A DNA stretch of 58,453 nucleotides, the filler included, from Sluysia triapertura (lineage: Eukaryota), in the NCBI GenBank assembly GCA_046118255.1. It is 4 parts of 4 records of this genome, joined end to end, with 100 filler letters (N's around TTAATTAATTAA, not from the genome) between each part and the next. Parts side by side here need not be neighbours in the genome. Positions count along the whole stretch, not along the records: positions 42,111 to 58,453 come from JBJNIA010206259.1; 3 more parts are not named here. The stretch is one strand, 5' to 3'. Position 1 is the first letter of the stretch. Each line of letters starts with the position of its first letter. Of this stretch, positions 52,890 to 58,453 are shown piece after piece. The notes under the pieces are model-generated. The model was not told the origin of the DNA, searched no databases, and saw only the letters and a list, made by a program, of their open reading frames with translations. Both the position numbers and the translations under genes were made by a program.

Positions 52890-53230
52890 ATGAATTTTGA
52901 CAAATCAATAGATTTTGAACCAGTTTACATTCAATATGATGCTAAATTAGAACATAATATGTCTAATCAATGCATGGAAGAATCTTCAATTGAATCAGAT
53001 TATGCTAAGCGTGTTATTTTAGAACCCTTAGCTGAAGCTATTGCTGATACTTTAAGAAAACAACCTAAAGATCCTATTTATCACATAGCACATTATTTGA
53101 GATTTTGCATGAATCGAAAAATTAATATTATGAAGGTTCGTTATATCATTTTTTGCATTACTCTAAAAATATTTTTCTTCATTCTAAATTGTTAGCTTAA
53201 ATTAAATGAAAATGAATTTTCAAATACTAG
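52890..53230 (+). CDS. Dpy-30 motif (DYDC-like) protein, first exons
   Basis: IESDYAKRVILEPLAEAIADTLRKQPKDPIYHIAHYL is a Dpy-30/RIIa-like docking motif. Exon 1 52890-53135, 60-nt GT-AG intron 53136-53195, in-frame exon 2 53196-53230 (LKLNENEFSNT). Later exons not resolved. Confidence 0.75.
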
Positions 53231-54289
53231 GTTATGCAATCATATTTGTTAATTTAATTTTTAATAAATTACTTTTTTTGGGGATACCTTGACTGTAATA
53301 TAAGCAAATGCTCGCTGAACAACCAAGAAGAAACAAATTCCATTTCTCACTTCGTAAAACATTTCTATATACCATTTAAATTTAAAAATTTCGCCTAAGT
53401 TTAGGAGCACAATCAAATTATTAAAAATTGTTACCTCGGAAATTAATTCTTTTGAAAAAAAAGGATGTACATAAATCAAGCAAACTTAAATAAAAGTAAT
53501 CGCCTGTAATCTAATATTAAAAAAATGATTTACCCACAGGATTTTGCAAAGTAAAAATGAAGATTAAAATATAATGTAATAACTGTAACTTAGGTGTAAA
53601 TATATTGCTCAACCTAAAATCGATAGTATCTCTAACTATATTTGTCTTAAATAGAACTTCAATTAGATAATAAACACAGTTTTTATAGGAGTTTATTATT
53701 TTAGCTTTAAAACTTTTATTTAAATTGATGTGTATAAAATCATTTCAACTCTACTTAAGGTGAGAGTTTACGTCATTTTATTATTGATTTTATACTATCC
53801 TTGAGTTTGAAATGAGGTGTGAAATGTGCAATATATTTTAAGGATACGCAATAATATAATAATTAAACTTTGTCTATAAATAAAACTGTTAATATGAGAG
53901 CAATGCAACGATACTGAATATTCTTTAAATATTCACTCTAAAATTTTAGTGCCTTTTAAAGTTTACGTAAATTTAACAAGTATAAAATTAACGTATATCA
54001 ACAATGATTTGAATTTGATATTCGATCTTGATTGGAACGAATTAAATGTTCAAAAAATTGCATTTAAATGAATAAATTTGTCATTGTTAAATTGTAAACA
54101 ATAGTAAATGAATTTCCTGTCGAAAAATCTTTGAACTATATTGCAAAAATCTCTAAAGTTTCTGTGTTAAATCATTCATAAGATTTATAAATCGCGTACA
54201 TTTGTGATCAGCTAAATGTGACTTTAAAATTGTAATCTTCCTCGCTTGGTTTTGAATTATTATATTAATGTTATTATTAACACTTAAAT

Positions 54290-55110
54290 TTGGAAAACCG
54301 AGCGAGATATGTTATAAAATAATTCGAGCAGGAAGCATCCACAAAAATCAATTTATCAATAGCTTTAAAATTAAAATAATAATCAAATATTTAACTTAAA
54401 ATATTTCAAAAATAATTCGGGCAGTTTCCCAAAAAATCAATTTAACAATAATTTAAATTTCAAAATAATGACATATTTAACTTAAAGTATTTTAAAATAG
54501 CTTGGGAATGCAGTCTCCCAAAAATCAATTTTCTTAAAAAAAGAATTAATTTAGAATATTTTCCCTACTCAAAATTAAATTAAATGAATAAAATTACCAA
54601 CAACTGATTTTGAACCTAGATTTAAAATAGTTGAAAATGTGGATAATTTGCGTGGATTTTAAGAAGACGAAAACGTATTAAATAAAGCTTACTGTTTCTT
54701 TAAGAATTAGCTTCAAAGCAATCATTGATGGGCCAAAAATATTCGCCTATTGAGTGCGTAATTTTTCGTGTCCAAACAATGTCAACTTTATTATTATGGT
54801 CAAAATAAATAGTAGAAATTTTTTGGTACTGTAAGTAACCGGTTACGTTTAAGATGTAGTGTTTCACCTCATAATTCAGAATTTTATACAGCTCTATTTT
54901 CACACAAAACAGAAATCTCCACACATTAAATAAACAATTAATCTCGAAATGCCAAATACCCTTACCACAATACGTTAATCAAAACACACGATAAGACAAA
55001 TTCTTAAATATCACACTTCCTACAAAAACAATAACATCTCTCACTTTCACTTCAACTTTTATTCATCTACACACAAAATTCCCACAATCCAAACATTAGG
55101 CTAATAACAA
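54290..55110 (-). mobile_element. Family-A-like promoter module with three ~90-bp tandem units
   Basis: Minus-strand GTATAAAA (~54882-54889). Units ATTCG.GCAG...TCC(C)AAAAAATCAATTT at ~54322, 54415 and 54500. Confidence 0.6.
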
Positions 55111-55529
55111 TCGTAGGTAATGGTAGTTATTAATTATGGTAATAATAGCATCGTTTTTATTGTTTTATTTTTATCATTTTTCTTTTCATTTTGTATATGT
55201 TCAATAAAATTTATTGTCCTTCTAGAACATATTTTACCAGAACTTTATATAACAAGGTATCTATATAAACCAACAGAACTTGTAGTAAAGTGTTCATTTT
55301 CACTGTTAATGGCTTGCTCATTTTAGTTTCAATATGTTATTTTGTATTTTGTTTCTTACATTAATGATCTAAAATTGTACAACTTCATATGTTAATGTTA
55401 TTCAGTGGCAAGTTATGTTTTTATTTTTTCTGTTTACGCGTCTATCTGTATATTATTTAATTAAAATTATTTTGCCTACTATTTATCATCATTAAATTAT
55501 AAAAATAATAATAATTTTTTAATCAATAA

Positions 55530-56490
55530 GTAAAAATTGATCTTGAAAATTGTGATCATGGCTGCCTAATTATCTTGAAGCACAACTCTAAAACTACTTT
55601 CATTATGGAACAAGATTCTGGTAAATCATTAATTAATTCATATGACAAATGTATATTTCTGCTAATTCATACTATGCTCAAAATTCGTTTAATAAGCTCA
55701 CATACCAACATGTATGTAAAGACAATTTGAATCGACAAGCTAATGTAATATCAAAGGTATTAATAGTCGTATTGAACCTAACTTATTGTCTCAAATTAAA
55801 ACCAAATTAATTAGGATTGAATTTAATGCTAATCATGTTAAAATTCACACATAAGCTACCTTTCATAAAATTATTCGAGGATTTTCTGGATTGTTGTCGA
55901 TTACAATATATATCATTTTCCATAGTTCATTCGACCTACACACAGAATATGATCAAAAACTCCTAAAAATTGAAATTTTTACTCCTTGTAATCTCAGATG
56001 AAGCTATGATAATAGACAAATCTTTAACTGTAAGTTTCATATTCATTAAACATAAAATTTTGTGTTTGTATTTGTGTTTTTTATTCTAAAATTTTTATAA
56101 TTAAATTTATCGTTTTATGCAATAAGTCAGTTGAATTTTTTATTTTATTTATGAATTTAACTTTAGTAAAGTAAAGGTCCTTAAGACCCATGTTTATGTT
56201 AAAGAATTGTTTAATTTAGTATTTAAATTATCAAAAAATAAAAATTATATTTTACTAACTTTTAAAGAAATTTGCATAAATGGCCACCATTTTAGAGTTT
56301 TTAACAGCACCTTTCAAGCAATTTTACCTTAATACTATAGACGTCATAATCTTAGACCAATCTGTAATTCATTTCATTAAACCTAAATTTGAAATTTATT
56401 TCTGCAAATTTCGTATCTCAAGTTATGACAATGCTGTGTTATACGAAACACTTTACAGCCTATTTTAACTATTCTCACAACACGTAAATA
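55530..56490 (+). pseudogene. Decayed ORF-X family copy, antisense to the adjacent Gypsy element
   Basis: KIDLENCDHGCLIILK (55533) ~ KFEIDVFLCLKMLK; INSRIEPNLLSQIK (55759); DQKLLKIEIFTP (55951); FRISSYDN (~56410); YFNYSH (~56461) may be a finger end. Confidence 0.6.
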
Positions 56491-57217
56491 ATGTTTTACT
56501 ATATTCATATTTCACTCGTGATCGTTTGTTTAAATTTCTAGGCGGATCGACTCTTATTTCAACTAAATCTATGATTTTTACACATCCAATTGTAGTTAAT
56601 ACACAAAACGAGAGTATGTTACTAAGTCTTCCATTAAGTATAACTGTTTACAAACTTGTATATGTCAGAATATTATATTTATATTACATTTATGTATGTG
56701 TAAATGTGTCGATTTTCTATTTTGAAAAAAATAGCAAATTATTATTTTTATTATATTAAATATTAAATACTGAAAAATATAAGTATCAAAAATATAATAA
56801 ATATTAAATACTAAATAAAAAATGTAAATATCAAAAAATTAGAAAATATTTAAAAATCTATCAAGTAATTTTGCATTAAATTACCAATTTATTTGAAATT
56901 ATTTGTAGGTTAAGAAGAAATTAATTTATTTAAGATGCCAACTTAGTAAATTTAATATAAATTGACTGAAAATTTTAGAACAAAAAACACAAATGAAGAT
57001 TTTAGAACAAGGACACAAGAAGAAAATTAGAAAAGAGTTTTACCATAAATTTGAATCCAGAAAATCCATGTCTAATAAGTAATTTCTTTATATTAAGTTT
57101 TCATATTCATACCATAATTTTTGGGAATATTAAAATATACTTAAATTCTTATTATCATCTATGTAACTTATATTTTTTCTGGTTTCATTTTTAGTACTTT
57201 CAATACTTCTTAATTTC

Positions 57218-57739
57218 TTAACTGTCTTTGAATGGCATTTCTTCGATTAAATCTACATAAATTCGTAATTCGGGACGTAGTCCATTTTTAAATTTTTCTA
57301 TTAATGTTATTTCTCTTCTATTATCTGCAATCCTGGCTCTGGACGCTAAACATCTAAGCGCACAGGCAAATTCATAAACTGTTTCGTTTGGTTTCTGCAC
57401 TCTTATATTAAGCAGACTTGCGTAGTGTTTTCCTATGTCTTCTAATGCTATTTCTTCGGTAAAAAAATCGACAAATGTGTTCCAATCTCTTTTATGTTCA
57501 TCTTTTATCTCCTTATATATTTGTATCGCGACACCAGTTAAATAATATTGTATTCTCTTAACCTTACCTATTGGTGACCAGCCATTAGCTTCAGTTAGGC
57601 TATCAAATTCAAATAAAAAGTCACAAAGTTCTTCCTCGGCGCCACTAAACTTGCACATTTCTGGAAGTATTACTATTTGCTTAATATTCTGAGTCAGTTG
57701 AGTATTACAATCTTTAAATTCTTCAAATGGTACCATCAT
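57218..57739 (-). CDS. Retrotransposon Gag capsid-domain ORF (173 aa, probably C-truncated)
   Basis: KFSG...DFLFEF...ANGW...YYLTGVA...W..F...F...RVQKPNETVYEFACALRCLASRA...EKFKNGLRPELR is a classic retrotransposon gag motif series. Confidence 0.9.
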   Translation of the reverse strand: MMVPFEEFKDCNTQLTQNIKQIVILPEMCKFSGAEEELCDFLFEFDSLTEANGWSPIGKVKRIQYYLTGVAIQIYKEIKDEHKRDWNTFVDFFTEEIALEDIGKHYASLLNIRVQKPNETVYEFACALRCLASRARIADNRREITLIEKFKNGLRPELRIYVDLIEEMPFKDS

Positions 57740-58200
57740 TCAAGTGAGTTGCTTCTTAATGTTCTCTTATATTATTATTATTTCTATCTATTTCTATTCT
57801 TAATGTTATTACTTAACAATAAGATTCAATAATCAAAATCAAATAATCGTATCATTTATTTAACAATTAACAATTTAAACTTAATATCAACACAATGTAA
57901 CTTCAAAAATCAAAAAAGTAACTTATCAAAAACTTAATGCATTCAAATTTAAAGTATTCAAACTATCAACTTAAACAACTTAAGAATATCAATAAACTTA
58001 AAAACTTACCGTAAACTTAAATTCAACTTAATAAACTTGAAAGAAATTCAACAGTAACTTAAGCTAAAATTCAACTTTAATCAATATAAACTTCAATTAA
58101 TAAAAAACTTTACTTCAACCGTGATACGTGACAAATATGAAATAAATTCAGCTTAACTTAATAATGAAAACTTAATAAACTTATAATATGCTTCGAGTGG

Positions 58201-58217
58201 TCCCAATTCGGGAGCCA
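58201..58217 (-). promoter_or_regulatory. Primer-binding site TGGCTCCCGAATTGGGA
   Basis: TGG-initiated, 5 nt from the LTR end, and followed by ACTCG as in the first element. Confidence 0.75.
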
Positions 58218-58453
58218 AATTTTGCAAGTGTTTCTATTAAAAACTTAATCTTACAAAATATCTAAGGAGTATGTCCGCCTAATATATACGATTTATACCA
58301 CTGTTGAAGACGTATTATTAGGATTTTATAACTTAGGAAACTTTTGCTTATACCTTATAATCTAGGAATAATTATTTGCAAGATTTGATTAAATGTGCGA
58401 ATAAAGTGTCACTTAAAAGGTGAGTTCACCAACGTCTTGGTCTTACTGAGTTA

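Larger units (their letters stand above)
56700..58453 (-). mobile_element. Second Gypsy-type LTR element: LTR-PBS-leader-gag, no pol
   Basis: LTR end TGCA at 58223, PBS 58201-58217, AACTTAA-rich leader and gag ORF, then the family internal segment. Confidence 0.8.

Overview
Very AT-rich eukaryotic DNA, almost certainly from an invertebrate animal, from a scaffolded assembly with three 100-nt gaps, each carrying a TTAATTAATTAA linker. Only three host genes are clear: intronless U2AF35 (46105-46728, -), intronless actin (51080-52210, +) and a spliced Dpy-30-motif (DYDC-like) gene starting at 52890. The rest is mostly decayed mobile DNA. Two related Ty3/Gypsy-type LTR elements lie on the minus strand, each with a PBS and gag. 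The first also carries a chuvirus-G/herpes-gB-like fusogen located between gag and protease, with the integrase HHCC region directly after the protease. The window also holds ~2-kb TG...CA LTR-like repeats with TATA, splice donor and tandem GGGAGACTCCC motifs, Tigger/pogo, piggyBac and L2/CR1 remnants, and a tRNA-derived SINE. The most notable signal is a dispersed family of at least 7 decayed copies of an unrecognised ORF ('ORF-X'). Three copies show a C-x9-C-x6-C-x3-H zinc finger (one intact, one frameshifted, one degenerate). In at least two places, and possibly a third, ORF-X lies antisense to, and convergent on, the same retroelement internal segment, suggesting an antisense accessory gene of these retroelements. 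All homologies were judged by eye and no searches were run.
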